From contig JAJDDR010000111.1 in the NCBI GenBank assembly GCA_029260255.1, positions 1 through 43,290 of the forward strand: a stretch of 43,290 nt of DNA, written 5' to 3'. The stretch's first letter is position 1, and each line of letters starts with the position of its first letter. Below are positions 18,192-27,612 of this stretch, one piece after another. The notes below the pieces were generated by a model. The model made no database searches, had not been told where the DNA came from, and saw only the letters and a program-made list of their open reading frames with translations. The position numbers and the translations under genes were made by a program. Source of the DNA: Phycisphaerae bacterium. Lineage in GTDB: Bacteria > Planctomycetota > Phycisphaerae > UBA1845.

Positions 18192-20375
18192 TCAAGGCTG
18201 GTGGTCAGGCGCCGCCGGGTTGGACGTTTCGAGATCCAGCGTGGCGCGTTGTTTCGTTTCGTATTCAACGATCAGTTCACTGGGGTCGCCGGTGTAAATA
18301 AACTTGCGCACGCCGGGCAGCGCGTCACGCAACGTGGCGAGGTAGCGGCGCATCTTGAAGAGCTCCGGCGCGGCTACGTACGCGGCGACGTCGTTCTCAA
18401 ACGACCGCAGTTTGCTTTCGGCCGTCGTGACGGCCCGAGCGCGTTCGGCACGAGCCGTCAAGACCGTCACGGCCGCCAGCCCGCTGGTCGGTGCGATGCC
18501 CTTCGCCGGGTTTCCCAGCAACAGGTCATCGACGCGTTGGGCGGCTTCGGCTGCGCGATCGGCGGGTCCTTCGCCGTCGACCGCGTTCGCCGCGCGGTTC
18601 ATCTCACGGATGGCGGCGTCGAGTTCGTTCGCCCGCTCCAGGCTGCCGGTGGCAAACGTCAGGATGCGACTGTGCGCGCCCATGGCGTGTTCGATCGTCG
18701 CCTGCTTGCGGATTTCCGCGGCGATGACCGCTTGATAATTCGCGGCGACCTCGTCGCGTGACGGCGGGTGGGCGTGCAAACCCACCAGGGTGATGGCGAC
18801 GCCCAGGTGCATGTCGTCGCACCGCTGCTGCAAGCTGATCTTCATCTCCCGGCTGAACGCCGCGCGACCCTTGCCCATCAGATATGCCGCGTCGTGACCG
18901 GCGGCGTAATCGGACAGCTCCTGATAGGCGACCGTCTCGAGCACGCGCTCCGGTTCCCGATAGCCGTACAGATGATCGTGGAGATCGCTGATGTGATACT
19001 CGATTGTCGCTGAGACCATCAAGAGGCTCACGCCCACGTCCTCGGCTGACGGTCGCTCCTGCCCCGGCGACGGTACTACGGCAGGATGGCTTTCGATTTC
19101 CTGATTGGCTACGACCATGAGCATCCCGGATACCAGGTGGGTGTGCTCTTCCGTCCACAGCACGGCGTGCCCCATCTCGTGCTCTTCGACTTCGTCGGCC
19201 GAATGATCGTCGACGTGTTCGCGCCGCTTCCACAACTCCTCGTGCTTCGTTCCGACCGTCGTCATGTGCATGCGCTGAACACGGGCACGCACCACGCGGT
19301 CGATCGGCCACGGGTACTTGAGACCGAATCCCGGTCCCAGCGGCGTCGCGCTTGCCTGCTGGATCTTGCCGAATCGTTCGATGTAGGCCTGTTCGTCGAC
19401 GTCGACGATGACGATGCTGGACAGCAGAATCAACGCCACGACGGTCAGCGTGACCAGTGGAAACACCGAACGCTGCAAGAGCTTGTAAAACCACGTGCTG
19501 CTGACTTCAAACCCGAACTGGTAGTTGATCGTGTCCGCGATCGAACGAACGATGCCGCCCGGCTCGCCGAAAAGGGCCAACAAACGGCTGTCGAACGCCG
19601 GACGGATCTCGTCGTCGGTGCGACGCGGCCTATAGAACTCCAGAATGAAGTTCACCGTGAACTCGACGCCGAGCAGCAGCAACATGAACCGAACGACGTA
19701 CGCCGCCAGGGATTCGGCCCAAACCTGAGTCGTCTGGCTGCCCGCCATCGCCATCGACACCGCCAGCACAGTTGCGGTCAGGGCGCTGCCGATCAGGTAG
19801 CTGCCGCCTGCGCGCAGCAGGCGCCAGTTCGGCTGGCGAGACATCCCGATGACATAACGTGCGTACACGAAGCAAACGAACGCCGCCGCCGCCGCGAATA
19901 TCATCGCGATCAGAGGCTGCGGCGAACGGTGCCACCCCACGTCATCCAGTGGCCGACCAACAGGCCACGTCCACGCCAGGAACGTTCCACCCACGTGGTA
20001 GACGATGGTGAGGACCGTGAAAAACGGCAGGAGAAACCGGACCGTCCACGTCAACCTGCGGCGCTCGAGCAGGAGCGATTCATCGGAAGCGTCAAACAGA
20101 TTCGTCGACAAACCGGCGGTTTCCGCGCGCTTTAGTTGTTCGGTCTCCATGTCCTCAAGACGGCTTCGCCGGCGCTGCCTGAACACCAGGAAGAGGATGA
20201 GCCAGATGAGCACGCCACCGAGCAGGTGCCGCGCGACGGCAACCACCGCGTCGGACCGCGTCTCAGACCACAGCCCGACCGTCAGGACGACTCCAAAGAG
20301 AACAAGTTGGATCAACAGCCCGGTGAGACACGCCAGTTGGGCACGCCGGTCACGGGGAGGGGCGGCATCGCTCAT
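18192..20375 (-). CDS. Large SPFH-domain (HflK-like) protein with multi-TM N-terminal domain
   Basis: ~300-aa polytopic N-terminus, then EQAYIERFGK, LGPGFGLKYPWPIDRV, HAHPP and APELFKMRRYL SPFH/HflK features. Confidence 0.85.
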   Translation of the reverse strand: MSDAAPPRDRRAQLACLTGLLIQLVLFGVVLTVGLWSETRSDAVVAVARHLLGGVLIWLILFLVFRQRRRSRLEDMETEQLKRAETAGLSTNLFDASDESLLLERRRLTWTVRFLLPFFTVLTIVYHVGGTFLAWTWPVGRPLDDVGWHRSPQPLIAMIFAAAAAFVCFVYARYVIGMSRQPNWRLLRAGGSYLIGSALTATVLAVSMAMAGSQTTQVWAESLAAYVVRFMLLLLGVEFTVNFILEFYRPRRTDDEIRPAFDSRLLALFGEPGGIVRSIADTINYQFGFEVSSTWFYKLLQRSVFPLVTLTVVALILLSSIVIVDVDEQAYIERFGKIQQASATPLGPGFGLKYPWPIDRVVRARVQRMHMTTVGTKHEELWKRREHVDDHSADEVEEHEMGHAVLWTEEHTHLVSGMLMVVANQEIESHPAVVPSPGQERPSAEDVGVSLLMVSATIEYHISDLHDHLYGYREPERVLETVAYQELSDYAAGHDAAYLMGKGRAAFSREMKISLQQRCDDMHLGVAITLVGLHAHPPSRDEVAANYQAVIAAEIRKQATIEHAMGAHSRILTFATGSLERANELDAAIREMNRAANAVDGEGPADRAAEAAQRVDDLLLGNPAKGIAPTSGLAAVTVLTARAERARAVTTAESKLRSFENDVAAYVAAPELFKMRRYLATLRDALPGVRKFIYTGDPSELIVEYETKQRATLDLETSNPAAPDHQP

Positions 20376-20483
20376 GGATTAGGTATCCGTTTCATCCGGC
20401 CCGCCGGCCGTCCGAACACTTTTTTTGCTCGCTGGTCCGCGAACCTCGCCGCGGGCCTGGACGTCTTACTCCTGGTGGGAAGC

Positions 20484-20511
20484 TTGCCCGAGGCGGCGCG
20501 AAGCCTACAAT
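20484..20511 (+). promoter_or_regulatory. Putative sigma70-type promoter for the divergent permease
   Basis: TTGCCC-16 bp-TACAAT in the AT-richer divergent intergenic region. Confidence 0.45.
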
Positions 20512-20591
20512 AAAAGAATACGCTTGCCAAGGGAGCCGGGTTCGCGGCAGGCGTTCTTAATCGATTCCTGGCAAGAGTTTGCGTTTCTTTC

Positions 20592-21560
20592 ATGTTCAGA
20601 CCGCTGCTCGGCATCGCCGGAAACACCTTCGTCGAAACGATTCGCCAGCCCATCTACGGCGTCTTGCTGGCAGTTACGGTGCTGCTGCTGATCCTCAATA
20701 TCTTCCTCGCCGGCTTCACGCTCGAGGACGACAACAAACTTCTCATGGACCTGGGCCTCTCTACGATGCTGCTGAGCGGTTTGTTCTTGGCCGCCTTCTC
20801 CGCGACCGGCGTTCTGACCCGAGAGATCGAGAACAAGACGGTACTCACCATCATCAGCAAGCCGATCAGCCGCCCTGTCTTCATCATCGGGAAGTACCTG
20901 GGGCTCATGGGTGCGCAAGGCGTGGCCTTCTACATCACGTTCCTCATCTTCATCCTGTGCATGCACCACCGCGTGTTGATGTACTCCACCGACCCGTTCG
21001 ACTGGCCGGCGATCATCTTCGGGGGCGGAACACTGACACTCGGGATATTCCTCGCCGCGGGCGCTAACTACTTCTATGGCAAGGAGTTCTCGTCGACGGC
21101 GATCGCGCTTGTGGTCCCGCTCCTCACCGTCGGGACGCTGATCACCGCGTTTTTCGACCGCGAATGGGAACCCGTCGATTTCACCCGCGCCTTTGCCGGG
21201 GGGCAACTCGTGATCGCGGCGCTGCTGCTTCTGATGGCCATCATGATCATCACGGCCGTCGCGCTGGCGGCTTCCACCCGCCTCGGACAGCTCATGACCC
21301 TGATGATCTGCATGGCGGTTCTGGTGGCGGGGTTCCTCTCCGACTCCGTGCTGGCGGACGTCAAGGACGATACCTTCGTGGGCGCCGTTGCCTATCGTGT
21401 CATTCCGAACATCAACTTCTTCTGGGTGGTCGACGCCATCACCGCCAGCATCGACGTCCCGGCCGGCTATCTGCTGTACACGTGTGGATACGCGATGCTC
21501 TTCGTCATCGCTTTCCTCGCCATCGGTGTCGCGCTCTTCCAGAGACGCGAGGTCGGCTAG
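20592..21560 (+). CDS. ABC-2 type transporter permease (PilI-like)
   Basis: IAGNTFVETIRQP, REIENKTVLTIISKPISRPVFIIGKYLG, several TM helices, C-terminal FQRREVG. Confidence 0.9.
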   Translation: MFRPLLGIAGNTFVETIRQPIYGVLLAVTVLLLILNIFLAGFTLEDDNKLLMDLGLSTMLLSGLFLAAFSATGVLTREIENKTVLTIISKPISRPVFIIGKYLGLMGAQGVAFYITFLIFILCMHHRVLMYSTDPFDWPAIIFGGGTLTLGIFLAAGANYFYGKEFSSTAIALVVPLLTVGTLITAFFDREWEPVDFTRAFAGGQLVIAALLLLMAIMIITAVALAASTRLGQLMTLMICMAVLVAGFLSDSVLADVKDDTFVGAVAYRVIPNINFFWVVDAITASIDVPAGYLLYTCGYAMLFVIAFLAIGVALFQRREVG

Positions 21561-21561
21561 A

Positions 21562-22449
21562 TCAGCCGTTGAGGCGACGCGGGTCGAATTGGCTGCGGGC
21601 CGCGTCGACCGCGCTGCGCAGCAGAATCGCGACCGTCACCGGACCGACGCCGCCCGGCACCGGAGTGATGGCCGAACATACCTCCGCCACCTCGTCGTAG
21701 CGGACGTCACCGACGGTCTTGAAACCACCGTCACGCGAGTCATCCGGCACGCGGTTGATACCCACGTCGATGACAATCGCGCCTTCCTTGACGTGCTCGG
21801 CGCCGATGAGATGCGGCTTGCCCACGGCGACGATCAGCAGATCGGCGTTACGTGTGTGAGCGACAAGGTCGCGCGTCTCGGCGTGGCAGGCCGTGACTGT
21901 TGCCAATTCGTGCTGCAGGAACAGCGTGATCGGTCGACCCGCGATCGAACCCTGCCCGACCACCACGGCGTCCAGCCCCCGAGGCTCGCACCCGGCGTGC
22001 CGCAGGAGTTCCATCACCGCGAGCGCCGTGCACGGCGCGATGATCGGAGCGTCGTAGAACAAGAGACCGATGTTGGCCGGGTTGACGCCTTCCACGTCTT
22101 TGTACGGATCGATCGCGTATTGCATCGCCGGGGTGTCGATGTGGTCGGGCAGCGGAAGGTTCAGCAGGATGCCGGTAACGTTGTCATCCGTGTTGAGTTG
22201 ATCGATCTTGGAACGGATTTCTCCCTCGGTCGCGTCGACGCCGAGCGCGTGCAACGCGTAGTCGATCTGCACGGAATCGCAATGTCGCGCCTGTGATTTC
22301 GCGTAGAGCGCGCCGGCCGCGGGGTCTCCCACCATCACCGCGTCGAGGCGCACCTTGTGCCCCTCGTCCGCCATCTGTTCCGTCATGACGCTCGTCTGCC
22401 GCTTGATCGCCGCGGCGATCGCCTTCCCGTCAATCACTTTCGCGGCCAA
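21562..22449 (-). CDS. folD: Bifunctional methylene-THF dehydrogenase/methenyl-THF cyclohydrolase
   Basis: IDGKAIA, KDVEG, PCTALAV, VIDVGINR and ITPVPGGVGPVT motifs. Start at TTG 22449. Confidence 0.95.
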   Translation of the reverse strand: MAAKVIDGKAIAAAIKRQTSVMTEQMADEGHKVRLDAVMVGDPAAGALYAKSQARHCDSVQIDYALHALGVDATEGEIRSKIDQLNTDDNVTGILLNLPLPDHIDTPAMQYAIDPYKDVEGVNPANIGLLFYDAPIIAPCTALAVMELLRHAGCEPRGLDAVVVGQGSIAGRPITLFLQHELATVTACHAETRDLVAHTRNADLLIVAVGKPHLIGAEHVKEGAIVIDVGINRVPDDSRDGGFKTVGDVRYDEVAEVCSAITPVPGGVGPVTVAILLRSAVDAARSQFDPRRLNG

Positions 22450-22514
22450 CACCAACACTCCGATTTGTGGGATCCCGAACCGACTGACTTCGCGGGCTCG
22501 ACAACGCGTGTTCG

Positions 22515-24047
22515 TCACCCGCCCGACGCGGACGACGTCATTCTTGCCAACTCAGTCCACACGTAAGGTTGAACATAGTAGGCCGATATCCCGAGGCCGA
22601 CAACGCAAACGGCTATCAGCGTTTTTTTGATCCTGCGTATCGACCGCTCAAACCGCTCGACGCCGCCGGGGTCCGCCGCCAGGCTGTGAAGGAACGCAAT
22701 CCTGCTGGCAATCGACGAATGTCGCCAACTCGGCTCTTCCACCGGAATGCCATTGAGTAGCGCCACCCGATCCAGCGCGGCGGCGAAGATGCTCGCGCCG
22801 GTGGAACACAGCGCGTATGACGGGGCGGCTCTCTCGCCGGCGCCGGCATGCACGCCGCAAGGCACGGAACATCCGGCGTCACCTACAGCGGACACGCACC
22901 GCGCGCCGAACAGGTCCGCCTGACGCTCGAATCGTCTGGAAATAAACCCGAAACCGACCCCCCAAAGTGCGACGATGGCTACGAATCCGGCGCTTTGGAT
23001 GACCGCTTCGTTTAGAAACCGCGGTCCCGCAGCAGCCAGAGACCACCGGTAAAGAAGCTCCATCACGCCCGCCGCGATGAGCATGCTGGCCAACGCGAAC
23101 AACAGGAAAAACTGAATGTGCCGGTGCCGGATGTGCCCGGCTTCATGCCCAAAAACGGCCTCGATCTGCTTGTCATCCATAGACTCCAGGAGTCCGTCCG
23201 ACAGCATCACGAAACGGACCCGCGGAAAAAGCCCCATGACCGCCGCGTTCACCATCATCTGACCACTGCGCCACACGAGGATGTCCCGGCAACGGAGCCC
23301 GATCTTTCCGCACATGCGATCAAGCTCGTCACGCAGAATCCCGCCGGGAAGCGAATGGGTCGTCCAGATGCGCTTCAGAAACAGCGGGGCGACCACGAAC
23401 ACAGCCGCCGCCGAGATGCCCAGCCCGAAATCCGGCAGCCATGGAACCTGCATCGACGCAGGCATTCGGTCCTCGAGGTCACGGGCGATATCGTAGGCAA
23501 TCAAGATCATGGTCATGGGAACGACCACGACCAGCAGTTGGTGCCGAACGTTGAAATCCAGATACGACCTTAGTCCACCCGTCGCGGCTGTCTCCGTCGC
23601 ACACGGCGTGGCCGCGATGCCGGTGTGCAGCCTGAGCAGCCGATCAACAGGGTACGCCGCCACGAGCACCAGGACGCTGCCCACCAGGAACGGTAGGACG
23701 ATGATGATCTCCGCCATCGCCGGTACGATCGAAACCGGACGAAACGAGGCCACCATGTCCGGCCACCCGGTCAACGTGAGGTCGACCGCGAAGGTCGCCA
23801 GAACAATCCACCGGAGCATCAGGGTCGTGCGGTGATAGCGATGCTGCGCGTCCTCCAGACCCCGTGGCTGATCGCGAAGCACGCGAAGCGCGCGCGACGT
23901 TGCCACAGTGCTCAGGAGCCAAACCGCGGCCAGCTGCCCCAGCACGACCAGCCACACTCCCGCGGCAGACGTGACGATCGGGTCGATCGGGCGCTCGCGA
24001 GGCCACCATATCAGAATCGCGAATGCCATGACCACGTGTAAGTGCAT
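22515..24047 (-). CDS. M48-family (Ste24/HtpX-like) membrane zinc metalloprotease
   Basis: Multiple TMs; NAAVMG, HEAGH (HExxH), SRRFERQAD and HSSIASRI motifs. Confidence 0.9.
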   Translation of the reverse strand: MHLHVVMAFAILIWWPRERPIDPIVTSAAGVWLVVLGQLAAVWLLSTVATSRALRVLRDQPRGLEDAQHRYHRTTLMLRWIVLATFAVDLTLTGWPDMVASFRPVSIVPAMAEIIIVLPFLVGSVLVLVAAYPVDRLLRLHTGIAATPCATETAATGGLRSYLDFNVRHQLLVVVVPMTMILIAYDIARDLEDRMPASMQVPWLPDFGLGISAAAVFVVAPLFLKRIWTTHSLPGGILRDELDRMCGKIGLRCRDILVWRSGQMMVNAAVMGLFPRVRFVMLSDGLLESMDDKQIEAVFGHEAGHIRHRHIQFFLLFALASMLIAAGVMELLYRWSLAAAGPRFLNEAVIQSAGFVAIVALWGVGFGFISRRFERQADLFGARCVSAVGDAGCSVPCGVHAGAGERAAPSYALCSTGASIFAAALDRVALLNGIPVEEPSWRHSSIASRIAFLHSLAADPGGVERFERSIRRIKKTLIAVCVVGLGISAYYVQPYVWTELARMTSSASGG

Positions 24048-24235
24048 GAATCACATCGAGTTACGTGTCTCGCGCCGACAGCTCCCCGGCACCCGGCCGC
24101 AAGCGCTGAGCTGGGTCCGCGCCCGTCGCCGCAACGTCGACCGGGCCTTCGGATTGCGGTAGATTATCTGCGTCGGTCTTCGCCAGGCGGCGACCATCGA
24201 ACTACCGTGACCGGTTGTACCTGGAGTTTGGTCAG

Positions 24236-25057
24236 ATGAAAAGGTGTGCATGGGGCAGACGTATTCTGCGGACGGCTGTGGGCTCAGCCGCGCTGGCAGT
24301 TGCTTCGGCGGTCGCGGCCGAGCCGGCCGATCGGGATGCCCAAGTCGCGGACGCCGCCCGTAATCCCGAAGCGCACGAACGCGCGGAGTTGCGGGCGATC
24401 CGCACGCTGCAAAAAACCACACTCAAGGAACTTGCACTGGCCCCTGACGTCGCGCGGCGCATCAACGATCTCTTTGACGACCACCATGAACGGGTCAAGG
24501 AGATCCTGCGCACACAAGACGAGAGTCGAGCGGGCAACGAGCGCCGAATGAACGAGTTGCGCGAGGAACTCGAGCGCGTCAAAGGCGAGAGGGACATCGA
24601 AGGTGTCCGGAGGATCCGATCCGAGATGCGCAACCTCGACTCGGGGCGCGTCGCAATACGCCGCGCAGGCATTAAGTTTGACAAGGAGGTCGCCAAGGTG
24701 CTGCCCGAGACGCTGGTCGAGCGGTATCGCCAGCTCTCCAGCCGCTACCGTCACCGCTCGGGACCGGCGCAACGAACCGGACAGGGCATCGGGTCCGTCC
24801 ACCGTATTCTCAGAAAAATCGATCTCACTGACGCGCAGCGAGAGATGATCGCCAAGATCACATCAGAAACGGCGGCAGCGTACGCCGAGGCACGCAACGA
24901 CCCCGACCGCCGGAATCGAGCCGCAACCGAGTTCCGTTCCAAGGTCATGGCGGAGTTGACCGGCGAACAGCGCGACCGATTCATCGAACTCGAGCAGGCG
25001 GAACCGGCGACCCGGCTACCACCGCCCGCGCGCCAACCATCCGACCCGAAAGACTGA
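24236..25057 (+). CDS. Secreted alpha-helical protein, Spy/CpxP-like
   Basis: Signal peptide ending AVA-AE; charged helices; LTxxQ motifs (LTDAQREMI, LTGEQRDRF). Confidence 0.65.
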   Translation: MKRCAWGRRILRTAVGSAALAVASAVAAEPADRDAQVADAARNPEAHERAELRAIRTLQKTTLKELALAPDVARRINDLFDDHHERVKEILRTQDESRAGNERRMNELREELERVKGERDIEGVRRIRSEMRNLDSGRVAIRRAGIKFDKEVAKVLPETLVERYRQLSSRYRHRSGPAQRTGQGIGSVHRILRKIDLTDAQREMIAKITSETAAAYAEARNDPDRRNRAATEFRSKVMAELTGEQRDRFIELEQAEPATRLPPPARQPSDPKD

Positions 25058-25261
25058 TCGGTCTGCCGCGGATGCGCTTCGCTTCCGGAAGCTGCGGTCT
25101 GGATGAGACAAAGTGAACGCCCTCCGGAAGATTCTCCGTCGCGGCAGGTGCTTGGACGGTGTGGTCCGGCACCCAAAGCTCCAGCGGCCCCGCGAAACCG
25201 CTCCTCGGCACTCACGGGCGTCGAGTCAATCCGCCAGCCGGGAAGCTCGCCCTCACAGGGG

Positions 25262-25558
25262 CTACGACCCCATATCAAATGCGTTGTCTACGAGTGCCAC
25301 GAGCGCGTCAATGGCTTCGGTCGCGTCCTTGCCTTGGACTTCGATCCGGAGGGTTGTTCCGCAAGTGGCGCCGAGGAGCATGAGTTCCATGGCGCTCTTG
25401 CCGTTGACGATCTCCGACTCGTTCCTGAGAGATGAGACGCGGACGTTGGAATCGAACCGCTGGGCGAGGTCGACGAACTTCATGACCGGCCGGGTGTGCA
25501 TGCCCTCCTTGTGGGCGATGGTCACCTCCCGCACGATCGGCTCGAACGAATCTGCCAC
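25262..25558 (-). CDS. ptsH: HPr-family phosphocarrier protein
   Basis: GMHTRP (His15 site) and NGKSAMELMLL (Ser46 site). Confidence 0.9.
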   Translation of the reverse strand: MADSFEPIVREVTIAHKEGMHTRPVMKFVDLAQRFDSNVRVSSLRNESEIVNGKSAMELMLLGATCGTTLRIEVQGKDATEAIDALVALVDNAFDMGS

Positions 25559-25621
25559 GGTTCGCCTCAGCGTACTGGTTGAAAAATGGTCCGCGTCCAC
25601 CACGCGCGCGAAACCGCAGCG

Positions 25622-26095
25622 CTAACTGCCCGCCAAATCGTCGGCTTCTTGGATGAGGTCGATAATCGCCTCCTTGGTGTCGGCCTGTCTGAGAAAGCGA
25701 CGGAAGTTTTCGCGCTGGAGATGGCGGAAGATCTGTTCCATCGCGGCCAGGTGCGCGTCGGGATCGTCCTTGGGGCTGACCAGCAGGACAACGGTAAACA
25801 CCGGCGCCCGATCGAGGGCGGCGAAGTCGACACCCGTGCTCGACCGCCCGATCGTAGCAATCAACTTCTCGATCCCCTCGAACTTGACGTGCGGAATAGC
25901 CACGCCGTTGCCGAACCCCGTGGTGCCCTCATTCTCACGCTCGATGGCGATCTCCGAGATCCTCTCGACTTGAGATGCGTCGATCGCGCCGTGCTCGGCG
26001 AGGGACGTGACCAGCTCCCGGATGACCTGGTCGCGCGCCGTCGCCTGCAGTTCCGGGATCAGTGAATCACATACAAAGAAATCTGTCAGCTTCAT
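25622..26095 (-). CDS. ptsN: PTS enzyme IIA (Ntr/Fru-type)
   Basis: RENEGTTGFGNGVAIPH and GVDFAALD motifs. Start at MKLTDF. Confidence 0.85.
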   Translation of the reverse strand: MKLTDFFVCDSLIPELQATARDQVIRELVTSLAEHGAIDASQVERISEIAIERENEGTTGFGNGVAIPHVKFEGIEKLIATIGRSSTGVDFAALDRAPVFTVVLLVSPKDDPDAHLAAMEQIFRHLQRENFRRFLRQADTKEAIIDLIQEADDLAGS

Positions 26096-26162
26096 GGGCA
26101 CAGCCGATCTCGTGTTCGAAGGTCGATCCGAAGGGTCCACCTCGGATCTCGTAGTGCAACTG

Positions 26163-26468
26163 TCACTTGCCCGGATGTTTCCGGTTGCGCAACATCTCCT
26201 TGTGCTTCGTAATCTGCCGCTCGAGCTTCGCGACGGTAAGATCAACCAGCGCGAACGTGTCGGGGCCGACCTCGTGACCGACGAACTCGTTACGCGATCC
26301 CGCGTTCACGATCATCTCCACGGCGAATTCGTCGCCCTCGCAGTCCACGACGACCTTAATGGACTGAATGCGATCGTAAAACCGCAGTAGTTTCTCCGCC
26401 TTCTCCTCGGCGTACGCCTTGACATCGTCGGGGACATCGACGTGCCGTCCGGTCACCGTAATCTGCAC
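26163..26468 (-). CDS. hpf: Ribosome hibernation factor HPF/RaiA (short form)
   Basis: QITVTGRHVDV, YAEEKAEKL and KLERQITKHKE motifs; GGAGG before GTG. Confidence 0.92.
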   Translation of the reverse strand: MQITVTGRHVDVPDDVKAYAEEKAEKLLRFYDRIQSIKVVVDCEGDEFAVEMIVNAGSRNEFVGHEVGPDTFALVDLTVAKLERQITKHKEMLRNRKHPGK

Positions 26469-26490
26469 ACCCAACCTCCTTTGCGATCGT

Positions 26491-27417
26491 TTATCCCCGC
26501 AGACCCCCAACCGGGTCGCGGCGCGCCTCCTGCGCGGTTTCAAGATCGAAAAACGCTGCCGGCGCATCGCCATCGCCGTTCGGCTTGATCATGCCCGCGC
26601 TGATCGTGTACCGCAGAGCTTCATCGATCGTCATCGGCAGTTCCAGCGCATCCGCGCGCGCGACCGTGATGGTATACCCGGTGATCGGAGTCGGCGAACT
26701 CGGAATAAAAACCGTTATCAGGTCTCGCGGGTCACTGCGTCCGATCTGCCGTATCGCAGACCCCGTCACCAGCCCGAGCGACCATATCCCCTTTCGCGGA
26801 TACTGAACCGCCACCACGCTGGAGAACTCGACCTTTCTATCCGAGATGAAGAAATCGGTCACCTGCTTGATGTTCGGGTAGATCGTTCCAATCAAGGGTA
26901 TTCGCTTGATGATCCGCTCGACCACCAGCCACGTGGTTCGCCCGATGAAGCTGGCCACAAAATGCCCAACGAAGTAGATGAGGAGGATCGCAAGCAGGAA
27001 CCCGATGCCGTTGAAGAACCGCCATTTCCGAGTCGCCAACTCCCACATCGCGGCTTCGCGGGCCTCCTGCAGCGGCTCGAGCGCGGCGTCCGCAGCGGCG
27101 ATCTCCTCTGGCGTCGCCTTCCCGCCGAGAACGGGATGCGCCGTCATGGCCTTGTATTGCGCGGTCAGGCGGCGACCGGTCTTCGGATTCCACTCGTCGA
27201 TTGGGTCACCCAGAGTCAGGGCAACCTCCTCGTCGATCCCCAGCAGCGGGCGGGGTTCGCCGCCCCAGGCGTAGACCGAGACCAGTCCGCGAGTGATATA
27301 CTGGGCGAAATTCTCGTCAACGAAGCGGTAAGCCCACACGAGGATCGCGATCGTCGCGATCGTCGGCACCAGAGCGCCTAACCCCCGCATGAAGAATGGC
27401 TTAAAGTCGCCGATCAT
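26491..27417 (-). CDS. DUF502-family membrane protein
   Basis: RIPLIGTIYPNIKQV, VQYPRKGIWSLGLVT, VFIPSSPTPITGY and MTIDEALRYTISAG motifs. Confidence 0.88.
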   Translation of the reverse strand: MIGDFKPFFMRGLGALVPTIATIAILVWAYRFVDENFAQYITRGLVSVYAWGGEPRPLLGIDEEVALTLGDPIDEWNPKTGRRLTAQYKAMTAHPVLGGKATPEEIAAADAALEPLQEAREAAMWELATRKWRFFNGIGFLLAILLIYFVGHFVASFIGRTTWLVVERIIKRIPLIGTIYPNIKQVTDFFISDRKVEFSSVVAVQYPRKGIWSLGLVTGSAIRQIGRSDPRDLITVFIPSSPTPITGYTITVARADALELPMTIDEALRYTISAGMIKPNGDGDAPAAFFDLETAQEARRDPVGGLRG

Positions 27418-27612
27418 CGGTTAAATCCGCGAAACGAGCCTGGCGTTCCAACGGCCGACCCACGCCCGATTCGAGCAAACTGCTCACCTCATCCGTTACT
27501 CGGCAGGCGCCTTCCGGAACCGCAGCCGACGGCGGACCGCACTGTAAGGACCCCAAGGCAGATGGTCAACCGTTGTCGTGGCGATGGCGACCGGCTAGCA
27601 TCCGGGCATCCC

